IMG/VR virus record: IMGVR_UViG_3300032287_004484
Span: 226,275 to 290,274 of that record
Length of the DNA stretch: 64,000 nucleotides
Strand: one strand, 5' to 3'
Translations under genes and position numbers: made by a program
Notes under the pieces: generated by a model
What the model was told of the DNA's origin: nothing
Database searches by the model: none
What the model saw: the letters and a program-made list of their open reading frames with translations, nothing else
Part shown: piece by piece, positions 29,403 through 39,922 of the stretch
How positions within the stretch are numbered: position 1 is the first letter of the stretch
Layout: each line of letters begins with the position of its first letter

Positions 29403-29870
29403 TTGAATCACTTTAAACAAAATAATCAATTATTTCAATATTTTAATAATGATAATAGATGCGAAATATTTAATTATATATCTTATAATAATGTTAATCA
29501 ACCCGATAAAAAATTACAAGCTTTATTAGGTTCAATAGAATTGATAACTTATCCTGGAAGGATACAAACTTGGCTAGGACTTAAAAGAAACTCTAGTACG
29601 ATTGATAATTTTATTTGGATTAAAATAACTAACTCATTTAGTGATAATGAAGACATGATAGATCCGCATTATTATAAAGGTTTTTATTTATCACTAATAG
29701 GTTCTGAAAATTCTCTTTTAATTCAATACAATTCTCCTTTAAAAAGTTTTGAAATAAATTCAATCATTAATTTTATTAATAAAATCACATATGTTAAAGA
29801 TAATGACTTTATCATCGATAACATTGAAAAAATTATTAAAAGAAAAGCAGACTTTATAGATAAAGTCTAA
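29403..29870 (+). CDS. hypothetical protein
   Basis: 155-aa ORF. Confidence 0.55.
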   Translation: MNHFKQNNQLFQYFNNDNRCEIFNYISYNNVNQPDKKLQALLGSIELITYPGRIQTWLGLKRNSSTIDNFIWIKITNSFSDNEDMIDPHYYKGFYLSLIGSENSLLIQYNSPLKSFEINSIINFINKITYVKDNDFIIDNIEKIIKRKADFIDKV

Positions 29871-30113
29871 TTTTTCGTTTCAAACACTAAATATATATAG
29901 TGGACAAAAAATTTATAAAATATAATCCGATAGATTATAGACACCTAGAATTTTTCCCAAGATTATCTTTAGTTATTGATAAGAATGATGTAAGTTTAAT
30001 TTTTGAATTTTTTTGGATAGGCTTTAAAATTCCTCTATAAAATTTAGGTTTATACATTAAATTGAAAATTACTTATAATTCTATTATGAACAATAAAGCA
30101 AAAAAAAATTCTA

Positions 30114-30434
30114 ATGAAAGCAAAGAAAGGTTTAGTTCTATCAAAAGAAGATGAAGATATTCTTTTTAATCCTAATATTGTTAGTATTGGTTTATCAATC
30201 AAATATGTAAATGATGTTTCTAAAGTAAGAAATTTAAAGTTTGAAAAAATTTTAGAACAGTATTGTGAAGAATATGAATCTTTATGGGGAATAGATGAAA
30301 GTGAGATTTCTTTTTACATAAGAAAAATATTAAAAGGACCTTGGCCAAAAATGGAAAAATATTTGTCAGATCCTTTTTTACAGAAATATAAAATCTTCTT
30401 AGAAGAAAATAATTTTCAAGAACACTTGATTTAA
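30114..30434 (+). CDS. degenerate solenoid-family tagged protein (FQEHLI)
   Basis: FYIRKILKGPWPKME; convergent with the RNA ligase. Confidence 0.65.
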   Translation: MKAKKGLVLSKEDEDILFNPNIVSIGLSIKYVNDVSKVRNLKFEKILEQYCEEYESLWGIDESEISFYIRKILKGPWPKMEKYLSDPFLQKYKIFLEENNFQEHLI

Positions 30435-31444
30435 TCTTCTTTTAAAAGAAATTTATTACTGATTGCTTTAAATGATGTTCGATTAAGAATTTTAGTTCTT
30501 AAAACAATCCCTTCTCTTTCTGTATCTTTATGTAATAAAGATTTACCTTCTGCATAAGTCAATAATTCTTTCATGTTAAAAGGTAATTTAAAATCTTCAT
30601 CAATCATTGGAACTGTCTCTAATCCTAGATTTTTAATGATCGTTTTAAAATCATTAAAGTTATAATATTTCATAGTGAATATATCGAAAACATTAAAGAA
30701 TTTAATTTGATGTCCAGATATTTTATACTTATTACCTTGAATACCTTCACCAATTAATTCACCTTGTAAAGCAATATTATCTATTGATTTACTTTTTAAA
30801 ATATTTTCAATATTTAATTTTCTAACAGTAGACCAAAAAGTATTTTTATCGTCTTCTAGTAAATCTAAATTCCTAGAACAAACTCCAAAGACACCGTCTT
30901 TTAAATAAATAGTTATCGAACTACCATCACATTTTTCTGTGACATAGTATTGATCATCAACTAATTTATTATAATCTAAATTTTGGATTCTTTCTTCATC
31001 AGTTTTTGGAATTTCAGATGGGAAATTTCCTCTTGCAACTCCACTTAATTGTGCTGGAATAGGAGGTTCGTATTTTTGAATTCCTAACTCTTCTGTTAAA
31101 TCTTCACTTACATAAAAGTTTCTTTCTTTTAATAAAGAAGAATCAATTAAAGTTTTTATTGGAACTATTAATCCTTGACTTATAGTTCCTCTTAACTTAA
31201 CTGTCTTTAGACGAAAGCCTTCTTGATCACCCATTTTTTTATAAGAACTTTTTCTTAAAAATTCAAACACTGGATGAATTGGTAAAAAAGAATCAATCTC
31301 AAAATAAACACACATTTGTCTAACTTCAAAATCACCTTTTTTAACAACACAGTTCCATCCGTCTACTACAGCAACCTCAATAAGATCAGCCCCTTCTATA
31401 GGAACTAATTCTTGAACATATCTAATAGTGGCTAATTTTCTCAT
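30431..31444 (-). CDS. RNA ligase, DRB0094/Rnl2-like family with N-terminal OB-like domain
   Basis: MRKLATI...IEGADLIE; TEKCDGSS (motif I), LQGELIG, EREGIV, FKAIS. Confidence 0.92.
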   Translation of the reverse strand: MRKLATIRYVQELVPIEGADLIEVAVVDGWNCVVKKGDFEVRQMCVYFEIDSFLPIHPVFEFLRKSSYKKMGDQEGFRLKTVKLRGTISQGLIVPIKTLIDSSLLKERNFYVSEDLTEELGIQKYEPPIPAQLSGVARGNFPSEIPKTDEERIQNLDYNKLVDDQYYVTEKCDGSSITIYLKDGVFGVCSRNLDLLEDDKNTFWSTVRKLNIENILKSKSIDNIALQGELIGEGIQGNKYKISGHQIKFFNVFDIFTMKYYNFNDFKTIIKNLGLETVPMIDEDFKLPFNMKELLTYAEGKSLLHKDTEREGIVLRTKILNRTSFKAISNKFLLKED

Positions 31445-31476
31445 ATTTTAAATATATAAAAAAATTATTACGATGT

Positions 31477-31782
31477 TTAAAAAAATTTAATTAATATAGT
31501 TGGATGTTTTTCATTAATATCTTCTATTAGAAAAAGAGTTAAACCAAGATCAATTGTTGTTACAGATTTATCATCTGGCGATTCTGTTGTTAAATATGAA
31601 ACACCAGGGCCAAAAGTCATATAATAATTATCAGCAATATAGTGACCTTCTTCGGGTGAAGGAATGTGAAAATCATTTAGGTTTGAATATTTTTTCATTG
31701 CATCTTTATATAGATGATCTTCTAAAACTTGCACTGATAATTTATCGTCAATTTGAATAATATTGTTTTTTAAAACTTTCAT
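31477..31782 (-). CDS. divergent Lcl/DUF1566-like small protein
   Basis: YKDAM...FHIPSPEE resembles the W-x-L-P-x-x-x-E-L motif. Confidence 0.45.
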   Translation of the reverse strand: MKVLKNNIIQIDDKLSVQVLEDHLYKDAMKKYSNLNDFHIPSPEEGHYIADNYYMTFGPGVSYLTTESPDDKSVTTIDLGLTLFLIEDINEKHPTILIKFF

Positions 31783-31785
31783 TAT

Positions 31786-32979
31786 TTATTTCTTACTCCA
31801 TTTGTCAGGCGAATCACCTTCTGAGTGATAATCACCATATTTATCATATCCACCTCGCCAAGTACCATCTTTCCAAACACCATTCTTCCATGTTCCTTTA
31901 TACCAAAGACCGTTTTCCCAAATACCATCTTCCCAAATTCCTTTAAACCAAGTACCATACTCCCAAACACCATTCTTCCATGTTCCTTTATGCCAAGTAC
32001 CATCTTCCCAAGTACCACCCCACCAAATACCAACCCACCAAGTACCGTCTTTCCAAACACCATCCTTCCACGTTCCTTTATGCCAAGTACCATCTTCCCA
32101 TGTTCCTTTCCACCAAATGCCATTTTCCCATTGACCACCTTCCCAGGTGCCATTATACCAATCACCTTTTTCCCAATTTATTTTTATTTCGTGTTGATCA
32201 TGTAAATATGTTGTATAAACAGCATCTTTTGATATATTTTTTTTGATAAGTTCATCATAGTTTTTAATGTATAATGATAATTGTTCTTGTTTTGATGTGT
32301 CAGAGTTTTGAGAAAAAACTTTTTTAAGGTAATTTATATCTTTATTAGCTGACCTCCAAGATTTACCTTCATTATCACTATAAGAAAGAGGAATTATAAT
32401 ATCATTATTATATGATACTAAAACTAAACCATCATGTCTACCAGTAAAAACTATCCCATCAATTATTTTTATTAATAACTTTTTATATACATTATAAACA
32501 TAAGAAGCTATATCAGATGAATAATTTGATGTTTTCTGTAATTCTAATATTTTTTTTTCATCTATTTGTTTATACTTATCATATTTATCAAAATCAAAAT
32601 ATTTCATTTGATCTATAATAAACATATCTTTTGATGTTTTTATTTTTTTACTAACAGATGATTTTAAAAAATTATCATAATCAAAAAACATAAATCTATT
32701 TAAAGAATTAATCATAAACTTAACAATTATATCACCATAATTTGATTTCATTCTTTGTCTAAATTGAGATTCTAATTCATAGGTACTATAAAATCCTTTT
32801 CCATAAGTATCTCCAACACCTGTCCTAAAACCTGTATTATAAATTTTATTTATAAGATCTTCTGTTTTAGTTCTATGATAAACAGTAGCTTTATTACTAT
32901 AAATACTTTCAAAAATAATATTATTTAAGTTTTTAGTAAATTTTTTATTAGTCATTTTTTTAATCCTTATATATTCCAT
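31786..32979 (-). CDS. putative ADP-ribosyltransferase-fold protein with GxWxx pentapeptide repeats (paralog 1)
   Basis: VYHRT...GF...YGKGFYST; about 21 GxWxx repeats; probable start MTNKKF at 32955 with IFE|S. Confidence 0.6.
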   Translation of the reverse strand: MEYIRIKKMTNKKFTKNLNNIIFESIYSNKATVYHRTKTEDLINKIYNTGFRTGVGDTYGKGFYSTYELESQFRQRMKSNYGDIIVKFMINSLNRFMFFDYDNFLKSSVSKKIKTSKDMFIIDQMKYFDFDKYDKYKQIDEKKILELQKTSNYSSDIASYVYNVYKKLLIKIIDGIVFTGRHDGLVLVSYNNDIIIPLSYSDNEGKSWRSANKDINYLKKVFSQNSDTSKQEQLSLYIKNYDELIKKNISKDAVYTTYLHDQHEIKINWEKGDWYNGTWEGGQWENGIWWKGTWEDGTWHKGTWKDGVWKDGTWWVGIWWGGTWEDGTWHKGTWKNGVWEYGTWFKGIWEDGIWENGLWYKGTWKNGVWKDGTWRGGYDKYGDYHSEGDSPDKWSKK

Positions 32980-34130
32980 TTATCTGGTGAATCACCTTGT
33001 GGATGAAATCTTCCAAATTTATCTTTTCCTCCATGCCAAGTACCACCTAACCAAGTGCCACCTTTCCAAGTTCCATCTAACCAATCACCGTTTTTCCAAA
33101 TGGCGTTATTCCAAGTACCTTTTTCCCAAATGCCTTTTTCCCAAATTGGATTATCATCATCATTCCAAAATATACTTCCAAATGTTCCATCCTTCCATGT
33201 TCCATCTTCCCAAGTTCCACCTTCAAAATAACCTTTTAACCATGTTCCTTTTTTCCAAGTACCATTTTCCCATGTACCATTATACCAAACTCCACTATAC
33301 CAAATCCCATTTTCCCAAGTAAAATAATTTCTATATTTTATATCATAATTTTCTATATCGTCTATTTCGTAATCAGCATCACTAGATATTTTAGCATCCT
33401 CAATCCAATGTTTTATTTTAGTGTCTTTTTTATATTTAACTTTAACGTCGTCAGTATATTGAGAGAATACTTTTTTTAAATAGTTTATATCTTTATTTGG
33501 TTTAATCCAGTCTTTTCCATCATTTAAAGAAAAAGATAATGGGATAATTAAATCAGTATTATAACAAACAATGTTTTTGCCTTCATCATCAGATGTAAAA
33601 AATACTCCATCAATATATCTTTTAATTTTAAAATGACCACCAAAATAGCTTAATATTTGATTAAAAATATCAGAACTATATTTTGATTCTCGAAATTCAA
33701 AATCTTCTAATGATTGTTCTGGTTCTAAAAATTGAAAATTAAAGTGTTTTAATTGATCAATAATAAAATTTTTTTTCTTTGATTTTAATTTTTTAAAAAG
33801 ATTAGTTTTTTTAAATTCTTTATAATCTAAAACTAAAAAATTATTTATAGATTTAATCATCATTTTAACTATAATCGAACCATATTTGTGTTCCATATAA
33901 TCTTTATTTCGACCTATTTGATGTTTTAAATCGTATGTAGCATACATACCTATTCCATAATTAGATGTATCTTTAGGCTTGTATCCATCTTTAAAAATAA
34001 GATTTATTAAATCTTTTTCTTTTGTTCGATGATATACAGTAGCTTTTGCACCATAAATATCTTCTAAAAGAATTTCTTTTAAACTTTCACTAAATAATTT
34101 TTCTTTATATAAATCCATTTTACTTCTCAC
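32967..34130 (-). CDS. putative ADP-ribosyltransferase-fold protein with GxWxx repeats (paralog 2)
   Basis: VYHRT...YGIGMYAT; same repeat and GDSPDKW end; ATCATAAAAATA at 34141-34152. Confidence 0.6.
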   Translation of the reverse strand: MRSKMDLYKEKLFSESLKEILLEDIYGAKATVYHRTKEKDLINLIFKDGYKPKDTSNYGIGMYATYDLKHQIGRNKDYMEHKYGSIIVKMMIKSINNFLVLDYKEFKKTNLFKKLKSKKKNFIIDQLKHFNFQFLEPEQSLEDFEFRESKYSSDIFNQILSYFGGHFKIKRYIDGVFFTSDDEGKNIVCYNTDLIIPLSFSLNDGKDWIKPNKDINYLKKVFSQYTDDVKVKYKKDTKIKHWIEDAKISSDADYEIDDIENYDIKYRNYFTWENGIWYSGVWYNGTWENGTWKKGTWLKGYFEGGTWEDGTWKDGTFGSIFWNDDDNPIWEKGIWEKGTWNNAIWKNGDWLDGTWKGGTWLGGTWHGGKDKFGRFHPQGDSPDKWNI

Positions 34131-34230
34131 TCAATTTAATTATTTTTATGATTAAATGTTTTATGTATTAATATTTTAATTTTAGACACTTATTATTTTT
34201 AAATAATATAATTAATTAAGGGAAAAATAT

Positions 34231-35517
34231 ATGTCACTACAAAGAGCTAAAAAACTAATATCTGATCCATTCAACAAAAGAGATAAAGATTCTAAAAATA
34301 TAGTACAATTATGTAACAAAATTAAAACAGATTTTTTATCTATTGATAATATTTTAAAATTTAGAAATAGAATGGACTATTTAGTTCCAGAAAAAAGATT
34401 ACCAGATGATTGTCTATTAATAGTGATTGATACAGAGACAACAGGTTTAATGCAACAAAATAAATTAGATGTTTTTACTGATAATCTTGGTAATAAACAC
34501 GAATATATTTCTTATCGTAATCAAATTAGAGAAATAGGAGCTGTTTCTTATAATTGGGATTTAAACTTTGAAGATAATAGTGATAAAACTTTTTTTCATG
34601 GAAAAATAAAAGATTCTGTTCTTGATGAATATAATTCTGTAGAAAAAATTGAAAACAATTTAATTTCTAAATTTCAAGAAACATATCTAGAAAATAAAGA
34701 AAATATCATAAGTGCTTTTTCTTTAGCACAAGCAAAAAGTGGAAAATTTAATCCAGATTATCAAGTTTTTAAAAGTAATTTTCCATCTATGTTTGAATCT
34801 TTAAATGAATTTAATAAAGAAACTTTAATTAAATATATCTTCAAATATAATCTATTACAAGCAATAAGTTTTATGAATCACTCAGATAAAGAAATTTATA
34901 AATATCCTTTTGACCATTCTAAAACTTATAAAATCAATAATAATTATAGTGATGAATTACATCTTATAGAATCACTTTTTGATTTTATTGAATCTAAAAA
35001 GAAATTATATTCTAATGTTATTATAGGAGCTCATAATTTGCCTTACGATGAAGGTATGATTAAAGGAGCAATAACATCTGCAATAGATTATTATACTTAT
35101 ATAGATGAAAATCCTTCTAAAAAAGAATATTATGGTTTTTTACTAGAAAGACATAAAAATATATTTTATAACAAACTAAATACTATTGATATTTTTAAAG
35201 ATATTTTAAATACTAAAAAATATGGTAATCGTTTAGTTAGTTTATATTCTCATAGGAACGATCTTAAAAAAGTAAAGATGTTAAAACATATTGTAAAATC
35301 ATTATCAAATAAAAAATATTCTAGTGGAAGTTTTAGTGTTGCACTAGGTAGTTTAGCACCTTTATCTTTAAATCAAGATTTTCATACAACAATTAACGAT
35401 ATTTATGTTACGGTAGAAACTCTTAAATATTATTTTTGTATTCCAATAATATTAGATTATAATCATAAATTAAAAGTAAGTGATGACTTACAAGAAACAA
35501 TAGGAAATATTTTATGA
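34231..35517 (+). CDS. DnaQ-like DEDDh 3'-5' exonuclease
   Basis: VIDTETTG (ExoI), GAHNLPYD (ExoII), HTTIND (ExoIII). Confidence 0.8.
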   Translation: MSLQRAKKLISDPFNKRDKDSKNIVQLCNKIKTDFLSIDNILKFRNRMDYLVPEKRLPDDCLLIVIDTETTGLMQQNKLDVFTDNLGNKHEYISYRNQIREIGAVSYNWDLNFEDNSDKTFFHGKIKDSVLDEYNSVEKIENNLISKFQETYLENKENIISAFSLAQAKSGKFNPDYQVFKSNFPSMFESLNEFNKETLIKYIFKYNLLQAISFMNHSDKEIYKYPFDHSKTYKINNNYSDELHLIESLFDFIESKKKLYSNVIIGAHNLPYDEGMIKGAITSAIDYYTYIDENPSKKEYYGFLLERHKNIFYNKLNTIDIFKDILNTKKYGNRLVSLYSHRNDLKKVKMLKHIVKSLSNKKYSSGSFSVALGSLAPLSLNQDFHTTINDIYVTVETLKYYFCIPIILDYNHKLKVSDDLQETIGNIL

Positions 35518-35744
35518 ATCAAAAAGTTACTGTTGCTGATGGTACTTGGACTAAAACTTTAGATAAATCTACTAGACCAGAGACTGGTGATTACACTTGG
35601 TTTTATGATAAATTTTATCGAGTCATAGTAAAAAATCTTTATAACAATGATAATTATATAGTTCTAAGAGCTAAAAATGGAGAAACAATATCTATTGATT
35701 CTTCTCTTTATCAAACTCTTGGAAGAGTAGATATAAATTCATAA
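35514..35744 (+). CDS. hypothetical protein
   Basis: 76-aa coupled ORF. Confidence 0.55.
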   Translation: MNQKVTVADGTWTKTLDKSTRPETGDYTWFYDKFYRVIVKNLYNNDNYIVLRAKNGETISIDSSLYQTLGRVDINS

Positions 35745-36121
35745 TGTTAGAAAAACATTCTTTAACTTATCCGACAGAAGTTGGATCTATTAAAATTGAA
35801 ATTGAAAATGATCTTGACTTATATAAAGATTCTAAAAAATACGGAAGTGATTCTTATTACCTTACTAAAATTTTACAAATAAAAAATCAATTAATTTCTT
35901 TAAATGAAGAAAAGAAATGGAACGATATTATATGGGAAAACATAAAATTTAAAACTCATATTGGTATTAGAATTTATCTTTATTTAAAAGAAGAAAATAA
36001 ATATCTTTGTTCTATTATTTCTCCTGATGAATGGAAAAATAAATTTAACTTTATTGGGGATTTTATTTTAAATACAGATAGTATTTGGATAAAAAATAAT
36101 ACCTCTTTATCCAAATCTTAA
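35744..36121 (+). CDS. DUF2452-like protein
   Basis: IYLY...SIISPDEW pattern. Confidence 0.55.
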   Translation: MLEKHSLTYPTEVGSIKIEIENDLDLYKDSKKYGSDSYYLTKILQIKNQLISLNEEKKWNDIIWENIKFKTHIGIRIYLYLKEENKYLCSIISPDEWKNKFNFIGDFILNTDSIWIKNNTSLSKS

Positions 36122-36122
36122 A

Positions 36123-37880
36123 TTATTTTTTTAAAAAATTTCTCGTTGATTCTATACTTGCTTTTATATCATCTAATCCAACGATGTCAGGATTTAATTC
36201 TTCTATTGATAATTCTAAGAAATCTAAATAATCTAATCTAGTTTTTACAGGTGTTTTTGAAACTTTTATTTTATTAATAAAACTTCTTAAATTATTAATT
36301 GTTTGATAAATAACATTCTGTGAAGTAGTTCCACTTTTTATGAAATCTATTTTTTTAATAAAATCACTAAATACATTAGATTCTCTATCTATTTCTTCTT
36401 GTTCTAATTCAATTAATTCATCTAATTTATCTTCATCTTCTTGTTCTTTTTTTAATAATTTATTAAAGATTTGTTCTTCTTCTTTTTCTTTAATTTTTGA
36501 TGGACTTAATACAGAAGTTTGAGTTTTACTAATATCTTTTTTTGCTTTTTCAATTTCATCTGGAACTAAAGTTCCTTTTTCTATTTGTGAAAGCACAGAA
36601 TTTATTTTTTGTAAAATTTTCTCTGGATTTTTAGATGTATTTTCTTTTTTTATTTTTGAGATAATAGAAGGAGGTAAAAGTGATAAAAAAGTTTTTGTAA
36701 GTATTTTTTCATAAGTTGCATCTGAGACGTCATTGTTATCAAGATTATTTTTTCTTTCTTTAAAGATAGAATAGAACATTTTATTTTCGTCACTTAAATT
36801 ATAGTATCCAGTATTTAAAGATGAACTTTTTATTGAATCAAATACACCTTTAACTTTATTCCATCCGTCAATAATTGCTGGTTTATATTCTTCCCATTTA
36901 TTAATTCTATCTTGTGGTTTAAGATTATCCCAACCTATACTTTTTTTATCAGCTAATGAAACTTTTATATTAGAACTAGGAATCGTCATGGTTGATGCAG
37001 TGCTTAAAGTTTTAGATTTGGTAATACCATAAGTAGATTGGAGTTTATCTTTTCTTTCTTGTTCTTTCGTATCTTTATCTATTTTTAATAAATATTCTTT
37101 TTGAGCATTTAATAATTTATTAAGTTGTTCATTTTCATTTTTTTTCTTTATAAGTTCGTTTAACATGTTAGACTTAAAAGCTGAAACGCTATATTTATTC
37201 CCGCCTGTTTTATCTTTTATTATTTCTCTAGCCATTTCAATCATAGATTGATTATTAAGCTTTTTTTCTAAAGAGCGAGCTTCTATAATATTTTCTCGTA
37301 TGTTTGTTATTGTTTGTCTTTCAAATTTTTTATTTTTTTCTAATTCTTCTCGTTTTTTATCTTCTGATAAATTACTTGATAAAATGTCTTTTTCTCTTTT
37401 ACTATATCTTTCTTTTTCAATTTCAATTTTATTTTCATATCGTTCAATTTCTTTTTCTTGAAATTCTAAATTTTCAAATTCTTTATCTTCTAAACGTTTC
37501 ATATAACTTTGTTTTTCTTTTTTTGTTAATATAGGGTTTCTTATAACCATATTAAAAAAAGCTGATGGAAAATCTTTTTCTCTTTTAGTCAATTCTTCTG
37601 CATCTAAAAGATTTTTTTCGTTTATAATAACGTCATTCTGTGCGAAAGACATGTTAAAAGTTTGAATATGAATTGCATCATTAAAATTTACTTGTTTATC
37701 ATCTAAAAACATCTTCTCGAAATCTTCTATTTCTTTTTTCGCTTTTTTACCATCGGTACTATTAGGTTCTTTTAAAAAAGAATTAAAATCAATTTCATTA
37801 AATTGATCAAATATTTTTTTTGCCTCATCTATTGATTCATATATGTATATAATGTTTTTTAGTAGCGATGAAAATTTCAT
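36123..37880 (-). CDS. large coiled-coil putative internal head protein
   Basis: MKFSSLLKNIIYIYE|S N-terminus; charged heptad regions. Confidence 0.6.
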   Translation of the reverse strand: MKFSSLLKNIIYIYESIDEAKKIFDQFNEIDFNSFLKEPNSTDGKKAKKEIEDFEKMFLDDKQVNFNDAIHIQTFNMSFAQNDVIINEKNLLDAEELTKREKDFPSAFFNMVIRNPILTKKEKQSYMKRLEDKEFENLEFQEKEIERYENKIEIEKERYSKREKDILSSNLSEDKKREELEKNKKFERQTITNIRENIIEARSLEKKLNNQSMIEMAREIIKDKTGGNKYSVSAFKSNMLNELIKKKNENEQLNKLLNAQKEYLLKIDKDTKEQERKDKLQSTYGITKSKTLSTASTMTIPSSNIKVSLADKKSIGWDNLKPQDRINKWEEYKPAIIDGWNKVKGVFDSIKSSSLNTGYYNLSDENKMFYSIFKERKNNLDNNDVSDATYEKILTKTFLSLLPPSIISKIKKENTSKNPEKILQKINSVLSQIEKGTLVPDEIEKAKKDISKTQTSVLSPSKIKEKEEEQIFNKLLKKEQEDEDKLDELIELEQEEIDRESNVFSDFIKKIDFIKSGTTSQNVIYQTINNLRSFINKIKVSKTPVKTRLDYLDFLELSIEELNPDIVGLDDIKASIESTRNFLKK

Positions 37881-37998
37881 TGATAATGATCCTCTTGTTA
37901 TTTATTTTTAAGTGTTATTAGTAAATATATGATTTTTTTTTAGGTTTCAACACTAGAATAGTAATTTATTATAATATAGAAAAGTAAAAAAATAAATT

Positions 37999-38307
37999 AT
38001 GAATAATAAATATTTAGCAATAAATGTCTTTAAAGACTCCACAATAAAAAGTCTATATGTTATAGATTTTGATACTAAACTAATGTATTGCGGAGTTTCA
38101 AACATAGGAGGCGCTACAGAAGTTTTTAATTATAATATTAAAAAAATAAATTCTACTGAAAGAGGAAGTATTTATTTTGATTATTTTTTTTTAATAAACG
38201 ATAAAAACGTTCTATCTAAAATTTTAAATTCTTCTTACACTGAATTATCAGAAATGAGAATAGAGCAAGTTATCCAAAAATTTGGAATGATAGAATGGTC
38301 TATTTGA
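37999..38307 (+). CDS. small tagged accessory protein (MIEWSI)
   Basis: Promoter motif at 37937; C-terminal tag. Confidence 0.7.
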   Translation: MNNKYLAINVFKDSTIKSLYVIDFDTKLMYCGVSNIGGATEVFNYNIKKINSTERGSIYFDYFFLINDKNVLSKILNSSYTELSEMRIEQVIQKFGMIEWSI

Positions 38308-38580
38308 TTTTAAAAAATACATGCTATATTTTTAGGTTTAATCTTTTATTCAAAAATATTATATTATATATATAAGAGGTAAAAACAATATGATGAAAAT
38401 TTCAATATACTTATTTTTATTCATGATAGGTATAAATTTATATTTTGACAACTGTGAGCTTGCTAAACCTTATCCAGAGCCAAAAGCTAAGGTTAAAAGT
38501 AAATATAAAAACGCTGATGAAAGAACAACAGAAATTGTAGATAGTAATTATGACGTAAAATATCCAAAGAGAAATTAATT

Positions 38581-38874
38581 ATGGATAAAAATGATATATA
38601 CAATGAAGACTTTAAAGATCAAATAAAAAAAGCAATAATGGAACAAATTGCTGATGAGAGTCAAAAAGTTAATCACGCTATATCAGAAATTAAATATAAA
38701 ATTCAAATGATAACTACTTCAAAATTAAGTAAGGATACAAAAAAAAGAAAGATTAAAGAAATTACTGATTATATAACTAAAAATTCAGCACAATGGATAG
38801 AACATTCAAACGATATTGCTTCTTCTTTTTTATATAATATAAAAAAAGGAGAATCAAATGCAAACATCAAGTGA
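38581..38874 (+). CDS. helical protein, tandem paralog 1
   Basis: SEIK.K...SKLSK.TK shared with 38858..39088. Confidence 0.65.
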   Translation: MDKNDIYNEDFKDQIKKAIMEQIADESQKVNHAISEIKYKIQMITTSKLSKDTKKRKIKEITDYITKNSAQWIEHSNDIASSFLYNIKKGESNANIK

Positions 38875-39088
38875 AGATCAATTTAAAAGAGTAATGTTAG
38901 AAAGGCTATCAGAAGAAAATCAAAAAGTTAAAAAATTAAAATCAGAAATTAAATCTAAATTTCAAGAGATATGTGATTCTAAATTATCTAAAGAAACAAA
39001 AAGAGAAATAGTGATTGAATTGAAAAAATACCTAGAATATGGAGAACCCTGGATTAATAATTCCAGTGAAATAAAAGATCCAACATAA
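38858..39088 (+). CDS. helical protein, tandem paralog 2
   Basis: Similar to 38581..38874. Confidence 0.65.
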   Translation: MQTSSEDQFKRVMLERLSEENQKVKKLKSEIKSKFQEICDSKLSKETKREIVIELKKYLEYGEPWINNSSEIKDPT

Positions 39089-39100
39089 AGGAGAAAAACA

Positions 39101-39559
39101 ATGGGGTTAGATATGTATGTGTATGCTACATCTAAAAAGAATCTAGTTAGTGATGAATTAAATCCTGTAATTAGATTAAAGAAAAATTCTAAGGAAGAAG
39201 AAGTTTTTTATTGGAGAAAACATCCTGCTCTTCATGGATGGATGTACAATAAATATTTAGATAAATTAAAAGAGAATGAAATTTCTCCAAGTGAAGATGA
39301 TTTAGATTTCAATGGTCCTTGTCTAAGACTAAATGAAAGTGATTTAGACGAACTTGAAAATGATTTAAATGATTTTAATCTACCTTGGGATACTACTGGA
39401 TTCTTTTTTGGCTCAGATAACCCTCAAAGTTTAGATATGGATAAAGAAGAAAAAGAAAAGTACTTTAAACAAATTATAGAAAATGATTTAGAATTTGTGT
39501 CTAAAAGTAGAACTTTCCTTAAAAAGGGTTTTATTGTTTTATATCATGCGAGTTATTAA
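39101..39559 (+). CDS. conserved phage protein (MGLDMY...YWRKH family)
   Basis: YWRKHPALHGWM, TTGFFFG. Confidence 0.75.
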   Translation: MGLDMYVYATSKKNLVSDELNPVIRLKKNSKEEEVFYWRKHPALHGWMYNKYLDKLKENEISPSEDDLDFNGPCLRLNESDLDELENDLNDFNLPWDTTGFFFGSDNPQSLDMDKEEKEKYFKQIIENDLEFVSKSRTFLKKGFIVLYHASY

Positions 39560-39922
39560 ATGAATTACTTTGTATGTAAAACTTCTAAACTGCTTTCTCT
39601 TGAAACTGGTTGGGGTAATGGATATATTTCATTACCTCCATCACATCCATTATATGAAAAACATTATAATAATATAAATGATAACGATGAATATTTTATT
39701 CCTCATGGTCTATGGACTTACTCCAACTATTTTTCTAGTTTTAATAAAAATCATATTAGTCTAATTTATTTTAACGATATTGAAATAAACGATAAAGATT
39801 GGATTCTTGGTTTTGATACTTCACATTTAGGAGATAATCCTAAAAATTGGAATAAAAATAAAGTTATTAAAGAAACTCTAATAACTTTTGATTTTTATTC
39901 CAAAATTGAGAACTTTATTTAA
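39560..39922 (+). CDS. conserved phage protein ending IENFI
   Basis: GYISLPPSHP...HG...GFDTSH motif. Confidence 0.7.
   Translation: MNYFVCKTSKLLSLETGWGNGYISLPPSHPLYEKHYNNINDNDEYFIPHGLWTYSNYFSSFNKNHISLIYFNDIEINDKDWILGFDTSHLGDNPKNWNKNKVIKETLITFDFYSKIENFI

Noticed and set aside
31850-32180. Periodic repeats resembling a CRISPR array
   Set aside because: 15-bp coding periodicity with no unique spacers; no CRISPR array seen anywhere in the window.
31782-33322. Plus-strand ORFs 31825..32205, 31980..32246, 32987..33322 and minus alternative frame 31782..32165
   Set aside because: Shadow frames created by the stop-poor 15-bp GxWxx repeat.
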